Shown here one piece after another: positions 17,385 through 28,100 of a stretch of 64,000 nt of DNA. The position numbers and the translations under genes are program-made. Position 1 is the first letter of the stretch, and every line of letters starts with the position of its first letter. The stretch is taken from contig CAWKMU010000004.1 in assembly GCA_963850905.1 (NCBI GenBank), positions 64,001 to 128,000 on the forward strand. The letters are read 5' to 3'. The DNA is from an uncultured Gemmatimonadales bacterium. GTDB taxonomy: Bacteria; Gemmatimonadota; Gemmatimonadetes; Gemmatimonadales; Gemmatimonadaceae. The notes under the pieces were generated by a model. The model saw nothing but the letters and a program-made list of their open reading frames with translations. It ran no database searches and had not been told where the DNA came from.

Positions 17385-18294
17385 CTACTGCGTAGGCGGC
17401 GGGCTTCCCTGCTGCTGGGCCACGGTGGGCGGCGGCTGCGGCTGGTCCTTCTTCTGTTGCTGCTGCTGGTGCTCGCGCTCCTTGCGGAGCCGCTCCTCTT
17501 TCACCGCCTTGTGAAACTCCTCGTCGTCCAGCTGCTTGTTGCGCTGGAAGGCGATATCGGCCGAGCGATAGTTAATAGCCCGGTTGTTCGCCGCGGCGAT
17601 CGGATTGTCGTTGAGCATGTTGAGCGGCAGCGCGGCCAGGATGGCGTTCGGGATCGCAATCGGGCCCAGGTGGATGTACTGCTGGTCCATCCCCCACTTC
17701 TTGCCGCCGATCGTCTTGGTCCAGTCGCCGGGCTGACGCGTCGGGCCCAACGCCATCACTGAGTCGTTGTAGTGGCCCGGTAATGGCATGCGCCGCGCTG
17801 TCGAGTCGCTCATTGGAGGTCAGCTGGCGCTCGCCAGTGCCAGGGGGCGCCGGGGGCACATACACCCCAGGCCCATGATACTCGAACCGAGCCCCTGCGC
17901 CCGGGCCCCCCGTCGCGGCCACTGGACCTACACCCTGTACCTCGGCTGGCGGCGCGGCCTTGGTCGGCGGGGCCGGAGGAAGAACTGTCGGCACTGTCGT
18001 TGGCGGCGCCACCAGGGTCGGCCCTGCCGGCGGCGGGGTCACATGCGCCGCTTGCGGCGCGGCACGCCCGGCGGCCGGCGGTGGACTTGGCGGTAGGGCC
18101 ACGTACCGCAGATGCTCAACCTGAGGCCGCGACGCTTTGGAGAAGTGCAGCCAGCCGCCCAAGGCGTTGGGCATGAGCAACACACGAATCAGCCCCGCAC
18201 CCACCAGCACGTGCAGAGCGATCGAGACAGCGAGCGCCCGACGGGATTCCCGTCGATTCTTACCCCCTGTCCTGCTCTGCGCCGTCAAATCCAT
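17385..18294 (-). CDS. TonB-like single-TM Pro-rich hypothetical protein, split by an apparent +1 frameshift near 17778
   Basis: ORF 17572-18294 (SIALH TM motif, Pro-rich linker) joins ORF 17385-17813 (PGDWT...KWGMD...IHLG.IAIP) if one base is removed from ACCGGGCCAC. Confidence 0.65.
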
Positions 18295-18300
18295 AGAGGG

Positions 18301-19485
18301 CTATGCAACTGGGTCAGCGAATGCTGCGAGAACCTGCCCCGCACGCCCGGCGGCGGCTTGGAGCCGCTCCGGGGACACTATGAAGGATACACGAAAGAAC
18401 CCTTCTCCGCCCGCCCCAAATCCCGACCCCGGCATGACGATCACGCCGGCCTCGTCCATGAGGCGTTCCGCAAACGCCGCGCTCGGGATCCCTTCGGGTA
18501 ATTCGGCCCAAAGATACATCGTGGCCTTGGGTGTCTCGCAAGCGAACCCCGCATTGCGGAACGCCGCCACAGCCGCGTCGCGGCGCTCCCGGAACGTCGC
18601 GACGTTGCGGGGGACGAACTCGCGCCAACTCTCGATCGCCGCCACCGCGGCGGCTTGCACCGCCATGAACTGGCCGGTGTCGACAAACGACTTGACCTGG
18701 GCGAGCGCCCCACAAATCTCTGGTCTCGCCACGGCCCAGCCGCAGCGCCAGCCGGTCATGTTGTAGGTCTTCGACACCGAATGAAACTCGACGGCGACGT
18801 CGCGCGCGCCGTCGATCTCGAAGATGCTCGGCGGCACGTACCCGTCGTAGGCAAGCTCCGAGTACGCATTGTCGTACACGAGCAGGATGTCGAGCTCGCG
18901 GCACCGGCGAACGACGCGCTCGAGGTAGTCGCGCGGCGCCGTCGCTGCCGTCGGATTGTTCGGATAGTTGAGATACAGCAGCTTGGTGCGTCGCAGCACC
19001 TCGGCCGGGATGTCATCGAGGTCGACGAGAAACTGTGTCCTCGGTCGCAGGGCGTACCGATACGGCGAGCCACCGCTCAACAGCGACCCGCCTGCATATG
19101 CGGCGTACCCCGGCTCTGGCACAATCGTGACATCGCCAGGATTCACGTACGCAAGGGCCAGGTGCGACAGCCCTTCCTTCGATCCGATGAGCGGCACGAT
19201 TTCGCGCAAGGGATCGAACGTCATTCCAAACCGCGTCCGCATCCACGCCGATACAGCCTCGCGAAAATCCACGAGCCCGAGCCCGAAGCCATAGCGGTTG
19301 TACGCGGGAATGCGTGCGGATCGCGCGAGGGCTTCGACCGCGGCGGCTGGCGGTGCGAGGTCGGCGTCCCCGGCACCGAGGTCGATCACATCGACCCCAC
19401 GCGCGAGCAACGCCCGCTTCCGCTGCGGAATCGCGGCGAGCGGATACTCCGGCAGCGTAGCGATACGGGCCGCCAGCGGTAGCAT
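18301..19485 (-). CDS. PLP-dependent class I/II aminotransferase (LL-diaminopimelate aminotransferase-like)
   Basis: IDLGAGD, GSKEG, NYPNNPT, DNAYSE, SVSKTYNMTGWR; GGGGAG SD before ATG 19485. Confidence 0.88.
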   Translation of the reverse strand: MLPLAARIATLPEYPLAAIPQRKRALLARGVDVIDLGAGDADLAPPAAAVEALARSARIPAYNRYGFGLGLVDFREAVSAWMRTRFGMTFDPLREIVPLIGSKEGLSHLALAYVNPGDVTIVPEPGYAAYAGGSLLSGGSPYRYALRPRTQFLVDLDDIPAEVLRRTKLLYLNYPNNPTAATAPRDYLERVVRRCRELDILLVYDNAYSELAYDGYVPPSIFEIDGARDVAVEFHSVSKTYNMTGWRCGWAVARPEICGALAQVKSFVDTGQFMAVQAAAVAAIESWREFVPRNVATFRERRDAAVAAFRNAGFACETPKATMYLWAELPEGIPSAAFAERLMDEAGVIVMPGSGFGAGGEGFFRVSFIVSPERLQAAAGRAGQVLAAFADPVA

Positions 19486-19492
19486 ACCGGTG

Positions 19493-20125
19493 TTACTCCC
19501 CATTGACAACCGGGTTCCCAACCCGGCTCAGCGCGCGACCATCGCTGCCCTCGACCGTGACCTCGACTTGATCCCCGGCGGCAAGCGCCGCCGTCCCGGA
19601 CGGCGTGCCCGTGGCCACGACGTCACCGGGTTCGAGTGTCATCACCGACGAGATGAACGCCACGAGGCGCGGAATCGAGAAGACCATCGTGTCCGCGCGC
19701 GCGCGCTGACGTTCGACGCCGTTGACCCTCGTGACGACCGACAACGCTCCCCAATCCCCGACGTACGCCTGTTCGGGACCGATCGGACCGAACGTGTCGA
19801 AGCCCTTGGCCCGCGTCCACTGACCCTCCGCCTTCTGGATGTCGCGAGCCGTGACATCGTTGAACGCGACCACACCCCGTACCGCGCGCGCCGCGTCCCG
19901 CTCCGACAGGTGCCGCACGCGGCTCCCAATCACGATGCCGATCTCGCCTTCGAATTCGACACGAGACGACGCAGAAGGCAGGAGAATGGGCGCACCATCG
20001 GCCAGAATGCTGGACGGCGGCTTGAGGAAGATGAGTGGAGACGTTGGCACATCATTGCCCAGCTCTGTTGCATGCGCCGCATAGTTGCGGCCCACGCCGA
20101 CGATCTTGGAGGGGCGCTGTGTCAT
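19493..20125 (-). CDS. Fumarylacetoacetate hydrolase family protein
   Basis: KIVGVGRNYAAH, FLKPPSS, EFEGE, NDVTARD, WTRAKGFDTF, ATGTP; ATGA overlap with the DinG stop. Confidence 0.92.
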   Translation of the reverse strand: MTQRPSKIVGVGRNYAAHATELGNDVPTSPLIFLKPPSSILADGAPILLPSASSRVEFEGEIGIVIGSRVRHLSERDAARAVRGVVAFNDVTARDIQKAEGQWTRAKGFDTFGPIGPEQAYVGDWGALSVVTRVNGVERQRARADTMVFSIPRLVAFISSVMTLEPGDVVATGTPSGTAALAAGDQVEVTVEGSDGRALSRVGNPVVNGE

Positions 20126-22428
20126 AGGGTGCGGGGTTCCGAGTGGAAGAACGACTCGACGTGATGGCGCACAACCGGCCAGGGCCCAATCATACGTCGC
20201 GCCGGCGGGAGCGCATCGAGCATGCCGCGGCCATACGCCTTGGTGACGACGCGCGGATCGGCGATGACCACCACGCCGCGGTCGGACGCCGACCGGATCA
20301 ACCGGCCGAATCCCTGATTGAGGCGCAAGGACGCCTGCGGCAGCATGTACTCGACGAAAGGATCGCCACCGCGCGCCACGATGCGCTCGCACTGCGCCGC
20401 CGTCACCGGTTCAGTCGGTACGCGAAACGGCAACCGGGCGATCACCAACGCCCGCAGGGCGCGTCCCGGCACATCGACGCCTTCCCAGAACGACGCTGTG
20501 CCGAGCAGCACCGCGTCCCCCGATGCGCGAAAGCGCCGCAGCAGGACGTCACGCGGCCCGTCTCCGTGCACGAGGAGGTCCGGTACCACATCATCACTGT
20601 CCCGCCGCAACCCGTCCGCCAGCGCCCGCACATCACGATGACTCGTTACGAGTACGAACACTCCCCCGCCGGCAGCCCGCACCACATCTCGCACGATGCC
20701 CATCACCGCCGCCGCATGCGCGGCCTGGTCGAGGTTCGGAGCCGGCACGTCGGTCGGAATGGCCAACAGTGCCTGTCGCGGATAGTCGAATGGGGAGGCA
20801 TACCGCGCCGTTCGCAACGCGAGCTCCGGGGCGTCGACGCCAAGTCGCGAGGCGAGGAAATCGAATCGTCCCTCCGCCGCCAGCGTCGCGCTCGTCACGA
20901 TCGCGGTTTCGACCCGGGAGAACAGATCCTGGCGCAGGATGGGAGCGAGATCGAGTGGTACGGCACAGACGGCAATGTTGCCCGCACGTCGATCTCCCGC
21001 CGCCCCTTCGCGATCACCGGCCGCGCGGCGTCGTTCGAGCCACCGGACCGCCGGCTCACTGTCTGGCGAGGGGGCGAGGCTCTCGCACAGGGCACTCGCC
21101 GCCGTCGAGAGCCGGCGTCCGACCCCGCGCAGCTCGTTGAGCGTCCGTCCGAGTGCCTCGTCCTGCAGCTCCTCATCGGCATGTCGTCCCTGGATGATCC
21201 GCAGACCGTCGTCGAGCGCGGTGACATCCCGCAGCAGCAACTCGAGGAGGCTCCCCAGACCAGCGGCCCACACCGGGTGCGTGGCAAAGCTGTCATCGAG
21301 GCGCAGCTGCGGGGTACCGGTCTCGGCGAGCAATGCGGTCAGCAGATCGAAGACGAGCTCACTCCGCTCTCGGACTGCGCTGGTCGCTGGAAGGAGCGTA
21401 TCGTGTACGAGATCAATGCTGGCCGCCGACAGCAGGTCGTCGATCCCGCGTAAACCCGCCAGAAGACGGGTCAATAGTCCCTTGCCTCCACGCCGGTCCA
21501 GACGAGCCATCAGGCGCTGCCATGCACGCCGCGTGACCGTCGCGCCGAGATGGGCGCCCGCAGCCTCCTCGAGATGATGACCTTCATCGACCACGAGCCG
21601 CCCGTATGCCGGGATCACAGCGGCCTCGTGCCAGTTGTGTTGCACGCGGCGCACGGCGACATCCGACATGAGCAGGTGATGGTTGACGACGACCACGTCC
21701 GCCTGGGCCGCCGCGCGCCGCGCTCGAAACACGAAGCACTGGTCGTAGTGCGGACACCGCTGCCGTCCACAGAGATCCGGCTCCGCCGCCACCTCATCCC
21801 AGACTTCCGCCCGCGGCGGATGAGGCGCGTCCGTGAGTGAACCGTCCGTCGTCTGCCGCGACCACGTCACCAGCGCTCTCAACTCCCGGTCCTGAGCGGC
21901 GTCGAAGAGCGCCGATGCTCCTGCAACGGCGTGCTCGAGTCGATGGAGGCAGACGTAGTTGCGCCATCCCTTGAGTAGCGCGAATCGGACCGGCTGGTCC
22001 TGCAACGCCGAGGCGAGGAGTGGCAGGTCCTTGCCGACCAGTTGCTCCTGCAGATTGATGGTGTTGGTGGACACCACCGTGCGCTGACCGGACAGAGCCG
22101 CCCAGCGAAGCGCCGGCACGAGGTACGCGAGCGACTTCCCTACTCCGGTACCCGCCTCCAGCAGGGCCACACCGCCGGTGTTGTACAAGTCGGTAACTGC
22201 CGTCGCCATGTCCCGCTGACCCGCCCGGTCCTCATACCCGGTTGCCGCGCTCGACTCCGCGAGCGCGAGCGCGACCGGACCGCCTGGTCCGAGATCACGA
22301 GCGACGGCGTCGGCATCGAGGGGGGCAGTCGCCCCGTCGCCGGCGTTGGCATCTCGGAGTCGGTTCGTGGTGTAGTGCCGCTGACACCTGATCCCCGCCC
22401 CCTGATCCCGCCGTGTGTCCAGGCGCAA
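20122..22428 (-). CDS. dinG: DinG/YoaA family ATP-dependent helicase with Fe-S cluster
   Basis: EAGTGVGKS (Walker A), four Fe-S Cys, VVNHHLL, DEGH, FWEGVD, QGFGRLIR; start uncertain. Confidence 0.88.
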   Translation of the reverse strand: MRLDTRRDQGAGIRCQRHYTTNRLRDANAGDGATAPLDADAVARDLGPGGPVALALAESSAATGYEDRAGQRDMATAVTDLYNTGGVALLEAGTGVGKSLAYLVPALRWAALSGQRTVVSTNTINLQEQLVGKDLPLLASALQDQPVRFALLKGWRNYVCLHRLEHAVAGASALFDAAQDRELRALVTWSRQTTDGSLTDAPHPPRAEVWDEVAAEPDLCGRQRCPHYDQCFVFRARRAAAQADVVVVNHHLLMSDVAVRRVQHNWHEAAVIPAYGRLVVDEGHHLEEAAGAHLGATVTRRAWQRLMARLDRRGGKGLLTRLLAGLRGIDDLLSAASIDLVHDTLLPATSAVRERSELVFDLLTALLAETGTPQLRLDDSFATHPVWAAGLGSLLELLLRDVTALDDGLRIIQGRHADEELQDEALGRTLNELRGVGRRLSTAASALCESLAPSPDSEPAVRWLERRRAAGDREGAAGDRRAGNIAVCAVPLDLAPILRQDLFSRVETAIVTSATLAAEGRFDFLASRLGVDAPELALRTARYASPFDYPRQALLAIPTDVPAPNLDQAAHAAAVMGIVRDVVRAAGGGVFVLVTSHRDVRALADGLRRDSDDVVPDLLVHGDGPRDVLLRRFRASGDAVLLGTASFWEGVDVPGRALRALVIARLPFRVPTEPVTAAQCERIVARGGDPFVEYMLPQASLRLNQGFGRLIRSASDRGVVVIADPRVVTKAYGRGMLDALPPARRMIGPWPVVRHHVESFFHSEPRTL

Positions 22429-22434
22429 ATGCGA

Positions 22435-23745
22435 TCACGTCTTGAGTGGCTTCTTCTTCGCGGCCGGGAAAAGCACGTTGTTGAGAATGAGACGGTACCC
22501 GGGAGAGTTGGGGTGCAACGCCAGGTCGGTCGGCGCATTGCCGACCGCATGCTGCGCGTCTTCGGGATCATGCCCGCCCAGGAACGTCCACGACCCCTTG
22601 CCGTAGTCCCCGTGAATGTATTTCACCCACGGCGCGCCTTCCTCGTAGCCGAGCACGACGTCCGTTGGCTTGAGCGTCGACTTGGTAAAGCTGGTCGTCA
22701 CGCCGTAGAAGTCCGGGATCACCGTTCGGTGATTCTGCACGAGCATCGATGCAACCGGGTCGAACTTGGCTGCAAAGGCAAAGAGGGTCACTTCGCCTAG
22801 TGGCTGTTTTCGCGAGGGCACATTCACCTGGTGGCCGTCGATGTCGCTCATCGAGTTGACGTTCGGGGACATCTCGAGGTGCGCCCCGCGGAAGGCGAAC
22901 GCCCGCGACCAGTCCATCTTCGCATCGGCCTCGGGGTCCATCGGGGTCCCGTCCGAGAACGCGCCCGCAATGTCGACGCTGTGCGCCGCGTTCGCGAGAT
23001 CCAACGTCTCGGTCGCACCGCACATCGCGAACAGCAGGCCGCCCCGGTCGACGAACATCCGGATGCCGTTGGCGACTTCCTTCTTGAGCGCTGGCACATT
23101 CGGGAAGCCGTGACGGCTGGCCGTCTCCGAGTCGCGCATCACCTGCTCCGTGAACCACCTCGCTCCGCGATAGTTCAGGTACAGCTTGTTGAACTGGCCC
23201 GTGAAGTCCTCGTGGTGCAGGTGCACCCAGTCGTATCGCGACAGGTTGCCCCCCAGGATGTCATCGTCCCAGATCTGCGTAAACGGGATCCCGGCATACT
23301 GCACGGCCAGCGTCACCGCGTCGTCCCACGGCGGCGAGGTCGGAGGTTTGTAGATCGCGACGGTCGGGGCCTTCTCGAGCGGGATGGAATCCATGTTCGC
23401 GCCCGCGATCTCGCTCCGGATCGCGGCAACCGCCCCGTCGTCTATCGAAGTCAGCGTGACGCCATCGAGTGCACTTCGCCGCCGGATCTCCGGCGTGTCC
23501 GGAAGCAGGAATGAGCCGCCCCGATAGTTCAGCAGCCATTCGCCGCGCGCCCCATCGTGCAGGGCGTTGTAGACCAGCCCATACGCCTTGAGGTGGTTCT
23601 GCTGATCGTCATCCATCGGGACCAGCAGATGCCCATCTAACGCGCCGCCCGCAGTCTTCGTCCATCCGCGGGCGCTGATCAACGCCGCCGCCGATGTGAC
23701 GAGAAACTGCCGGCGTGTGACGTCAGGAATCTTCGGATCGGTCAT
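22435..23745 (-). CDS. Conserved exported protein with Tat-type signal and a class-I glutamine-amidotransferase-like region
   Basis: MTDPKIPDVTRRQFLV twin-Arg signal; NHLKAYG, LHHEDFTGQ, GGLLFAMCG (nucleophile-elbow Cys), GGHDPED. Confidence 0.7.
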   Translation of the reverse strand: MTDPKIPDVTRRQFLVTSAAALISARGWTKTAGGALDGHLLVPMDDDQQNHLKAYGLVYNALHDGARGEWLLNYRGGSFLLPDTPEIRRRSALDGVTLTSIDDGAVAAIRSEIAGANMDSIPLEKAPTVAIYKPPTSPPWDDAVTLAVQYAGIPFTQIWDDDILGGNLSRYDWVHLHHEDFTGQFNKLYLNYRGARWFTEQVMRDSETASRHGFPNVPALKKEVANGIRMFVDRGGLLFAMCGATETLDLANAAHSVDIAGAFSDGTPMDPEADAKMDWSRAFAFRGAHLEMSPNVNSMSDIDGHQVNVPSRKQPLGEVTLFAFAAKFDPVASMLVQNHRTVIPDFYGVTTSFTKSTLKPTDVVLGYEEGAPWVKYIHGDYGKGSWTFLGGHDPEDAQHAVGNAPTDLALHPNSPGYRLILNNVLFPAAKKKPLKT

Positions 23746-23755
23746 GCAGGGTCCA

Positions 23756-25144
23756 TCATGCAGTGGCTTTTGCCGCCTCGAGTTCCTGGCGCGCAATCGG
23801 CACGAGCGCGCTTTCGGGATAGGTGAGAATGAGGTGCTCCCAGCGGGCAATCGCGCCCGCGTTGTCCGCGCTCCGCCGCAGCGCTCGCCCCCACTCCAGA
23901 TCGGCCTCCGGCGCTTCCGGCGCGCTGGCGTACTGCTCGATGACCGTGCGCCAGAGCGGAATCGCGAGTGCGTCGTGATGCTGGGCGGCATGCAGCCGCG
24001 CCGCCGTCGCCAGCAGCAGTGGTGCCGCGTCCCGCACCACACTGCTCGCGGCCACGAATCGGTCGGCCGCTGCCGAGGTGTCGCCGCGCGCAAGCGAGAC
24101 GAACGCCTCACCGACGATCGGCGCGTTGTCCACGGCCGTCCGCGACAGGAGAAGCAGTGCGGTGAGAGCGTCAGGGGTGGTGTTCGACGGATGCTTGAGG
24201 TGATCGCGGGCAGACTTCAGGTCGCCGGCATACAGCGCCAGCCAGCCGCTCACCTCGGGATCGTCCGTAAGGCCAAACGTGGTCGCGGCCGCACGAGCGT
24301 GCGCGAGATCGCCGAGGCGTACGTACCCCCAGGCGATCTCTCGTTCGACCCGCACGCGCTCGTCGTCGCTCAGCAGGCGCCCTTCCTGGGCCACAGCCGA
24401 TTCCGCCTCACTCATCCGCCCGAGTCGGGCGAGCACCTTGACGCGGAGTGGCAAGAGTGTCGTCGCGATCGTCGCCGAATCGGTCGCGCCCGGCATCTGC
24501 GACGCCCGCTGCATCATCGACAGCGCCGTGGGAGCATCACCCGCCGCCAGCGCGGCGGCCGCCCCGTGCGCGGCCACATCAGCGCTCGGATGGACAGTCA
24601 GCGCGGCGGAATACGCGTCCTTTGCGACCGCTGGCGCGCCGGCGGCCCGCGCAGCATCCGCAAACTCCAGCCATGCCTCGGCAGTCGAGTCGTTGGGTGG
24701 AAGGGTTTGCAAGGCCGACCAGGCCTCGCGGGGCATTCCCCACCCGAGCTCCAGGTGCGCCATCGCGCGCCGCGCGCCCGGGGAGATCGGCGGGGTCATG
24801 AACGCCGCTGCGATGCCGGCTCGCGCGTCCGACGGCGCCGCCCGAAGGGTGTAGGCCGCGGCAACTGCGAGGTTCTGGTTGCGATCGAGCACGCGTCTCC
24901 AAGCCCTGGCCGACGTCGCCCACGCCCCACCCTCGGCCGCCACGTACGCCGTGTCGAGCACTTGATCCTGCGCGGACAACGGCGCGGGTGCCGTAAGGGA
25001 TGCGAGGAGAACGGCAGCGATCCCCACAGCAGCGTACGCGTTCGAGCTGCCGAAAGCCGCCGACAGCGAGCCGCCGCCAGCCCTCGCGATGTCGGTCGCC
25101 CGGAACCCGTGACCCGGTAGCCGGCCGCTATGGCGACTGCGCAT
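23756..25144 (-). CDS. Tetratricopeptide repeat protein, probably exported
   Basis: Signal-like segment ending LSAQD; Ala-rich helical repeats; C-terminal ...LILTYPESALVP.AR typical of TPR outer-envelope proteins. Confidence 0.7.
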   Translation of the reverse strand: MRSRHSGRLPGHGFRATDIARAGGGSLSAAFGSSNAYAAVGIAAVLLASLTAPAPLSAQDQVLDTAYVAAEGGAWATSARAWRRVLDRNQNLAVAAAYTLRAAPSDARAGIAAAFMTPPISPGARRAMAHLELGWGMPREAWSALQTLPPNDSTAEAWLEFADAARAAGAPAVAKDAYSAALTVHPSADVAAHGAAAALAAGDAPTALSMMQRASQMPGATDSATIATTLLPLRVKVLARLGRMSEAESAVAQEGRLLSDDERVRVEREIAWGYVRLGDLAHARAAATTFGLTDDPEVSGWLALYAGDLKSARDHLKHPSNTTPDALTALLLLSRTAVDNAPIVGEAFVSLARGDTSAAADRFVAASSVVRDAAPLLLATAARLHAAQHHDALAIPLWRTVIEQYASAPEAPEADLEWGRALRRSADNAGAIARWEHLILTYPESALVPIARQELEAAKATA

Positions 25145-28100
25145 TGATCCGCTTGAAATACTCGAGCACGAGCTGTCGCTCGTCCGACGAGAGGCCGCGC
25201 AGCTCCGACCACGACGGCTGCTGGAAGCGCGCCGCTGGCCGACCGTCAACCGCGACGTCGGCCGGTGTGAACTGCTCTTTCCCCGTCGCCGACTGTGAAA
25301 CGCGCTTGCCCGTGCTGTCACGCTCATCCTGCTCGAGTGTGAAGCCGGCGTCCAGGAGCCGGTGATACAGCCGCTCCTGGCGAATCAGCGTTTGTTGATC
25401 GATCCCGGACCGCGAAAGGGCGTCGGCGATCTGATGGGCTTCATTCGCGAGGCCCTGCGCTCGACCGTTGACGTCATCGTCCCCGAGCCGGTCAAGCGCG
25501 TCAGCCAGCTTGCGCTCGCCCTCGGCAACGCCACGCGCATTTGGATTGACACCACCGCCCGGATTGTGACCACCAGGACTCATCGCCAGCCCTTGCGCCT
25601 GCGCGTTGATCGAGGCCTGGGCCTTCGCCAACTGCTGCATCTCTTGCAGCATCTCCGGAAGCCCCGACGCCGAGGTCGCAGAGGCGGCACGCTCGCGATC
25701 CTGCATCATCGCGGCTGCCGCTTGATTGAGCGCATCCGCCGCGGCGCGCATTGAAGCCGCAGTTTGGCCATTGTTGCCGGACTGGTCGCCGCTCGACGAG
25801 CCCGATTGGTTGGCCGTAGCGCCCGATGCCAATTGTTGCTCGGCCTGCTTCGTGGCGTTCTGCACCTGCGTGCGCGCCGCGCCCAGCGCCCGCTGGGAAT
25901 TCCCGGAGACGAGCGCGCTCTGTTTGCTCGCCTTCTGCATCCGCTCGGCAGTGCGCTCCGCACCTTGTTGCACCGCGCTCTGCCCCGCCTGCACGGCCTT
26001 CCGCTCGGACTGCTGTTGCGCCCCCTGCGCCTGTTGCGCCAGTTGGCTCTCCTGACGTGCGAGCTGCATCGCCTCCTGAATCGATTGATCGAGCTGCTGG
26101 GTCAGCGCATTCTTCCAGTCCTGAATCTGGGACTGGCGAGCCTGAGCCAACTGTTGCGCCGCGCGATCCATCTGGCTCGCCGCACTCGACGTCTGGCGTT
26201 GCGACATGTCCTGCGCGGACGAGTCGACGTGCTGACGGGCTGCGCCAACCTGCTGCGAGCCCGATTGCGCCTGCTGGTCTGCAAGCCAATGCGATAGTTG
26301 ATCGACGTCCTTCGACAGCGTGCGGGATCGCTCCGCGAGTTGTTCATCCGTCGACCGCTGCCCCGCGGCAGCCGACGCACGAGACTGCGACGGGTCCTGC
26401 GGACGAGCGCTGTCCTGCCGGGAGGGGTCGGGCGATGGTGACCCAGCATTCGCCTGCTGCTGCGGCTGTTGGCCCGGTCGGGATTGTCCGTCGCGGGACG
26501 CGTTCGTGGCGGTGCGGGCACTGTCGGGGCGCGCGTTCGCTAAGGTCTCGGAATCCGCGCGCGCCTGTGCCGCCGCCTGTGCAGCGGCTTGGGCCGCCGC
26601 TTGGGCCGCCGCCTGCTGTGCAGCGTTCGGTGGCGGCGTATTCGGACGGGACTCGGCGCGAGCGTGCTCCTCCTTGGCGATATCGCGCGCTTCATCGTGC
26701 AGCGTCTGCATGGCGCCCTCGAGGGCCGCGCGCTTCAGGATGTCGACGCTCCGGTCCAATTGCGCGCGCATCTGCTGCTCTTGCTGCGCCAACTGCTCGA
26801 GCGACTGTCGCGTGTCACCACTGCGGAGCGAGTCCGCGCTCTGGTCGAGTTTCGAGAGTTGGTCCCGCAACTCGGGCGTGAGCGCGTCGTTGAGGAGTTG
26901 CTGCGCTTGATGCAGCTCGGAAGCGAGCGCGCTGTCGAGCGCGCCGGCTTGCTTCAGCTGACGCTCGAGTTGCTGCGTCTGGCGCTGTAGCTGCTGGACT
27001 TTGTTGGCGAGGTCGCGCTGCTGGTTGGCAAGCGCCTTGGCGCGTTCCGCGGTCTCGTAGGACATGGCGGTGTGCGCCGGGGAGGAGGTCGAGGAGGTGC
27101 CGTTGGTCCCACCACTCCTCGCTCCCCGGGCACGCGAAGCTTCTTCTGTCCGTTGCTCGAGTTGTCGCTCGGCCGCAGCCGTCGCCGTCGCCGCCGACAC
27201 TGCGGAGTCGGCCGACGTGCGGGCGATGACCCGTTCCTCGCTCAACGACGGCACCCGGAGGAGCCGCTCCTGGCTGACCGACGTCTGATGCCAGGGGGAG
27301 CCGTCGGTCGCCTCGGCCACGATATGGATTGCATCGCCGGGTTGCAGGCCGCGCCCCGTGAGGTCGAGCGCCACAATCCCGGACCACTGCGCGACCGCAC
27401 TATCGCTCACCGGCAGCACGACCGGTGCGAGTGTCTCACCCGAGGCGCTCGTGCGCCAGCTGCGCAGCTGCACCAGCGCGAGCGCGTGATCGTCCAATGC
27501 GGCAATAGCCACCGGAATGCGATCACCGATCGTAATGGTCGTGTCATGCGACGGACCGACGATCTCGACGTGCGGCGCGGAGTCGGGGATCACGTCGACG
27601 TCGAGCGCCGGCGGCACGTCAGCGATGGGGCCTGATTCGGCCGCAGCATGCCACGTCCACTGACCCCCAGGCAGCTCGGCGAGCAAGTGCCCCGTGAAGT
27701 GACGGCCGTTCGGCTGCAAGACCGCCGAATCGCGGCCCCGCACCAGTGCAACGCTCGCCAGCGTGGCAGACGCCTCCCCGACGATCTCGATCCGTGTCCC
27801 ACGAGGGACGCGCGCGACCTCGCCGGCCGCCAGCGGCTCATCCGGCCAATGGAGGTACGTCGGGTAGACCGCTCGCAATGCTAATCCGCCGACAAAAGGA
27901 CGATCACTGGCCCTGACTACGACCGTGTCGCTCGTGGCGCGCCCGTCTGTTGCAACCACCACCATCTCGGCGGCGACCGGTCCAGTGCTCAAATCGACAT
28001 GCCCGCGCACGACGGGGTACCAGCCGTGCGTCCACGAGGCTCCAGTCGCTCGGGTTGACACGCGGAGCCGACTGCGCCCTTCCGCGAGGATGTGCACTCG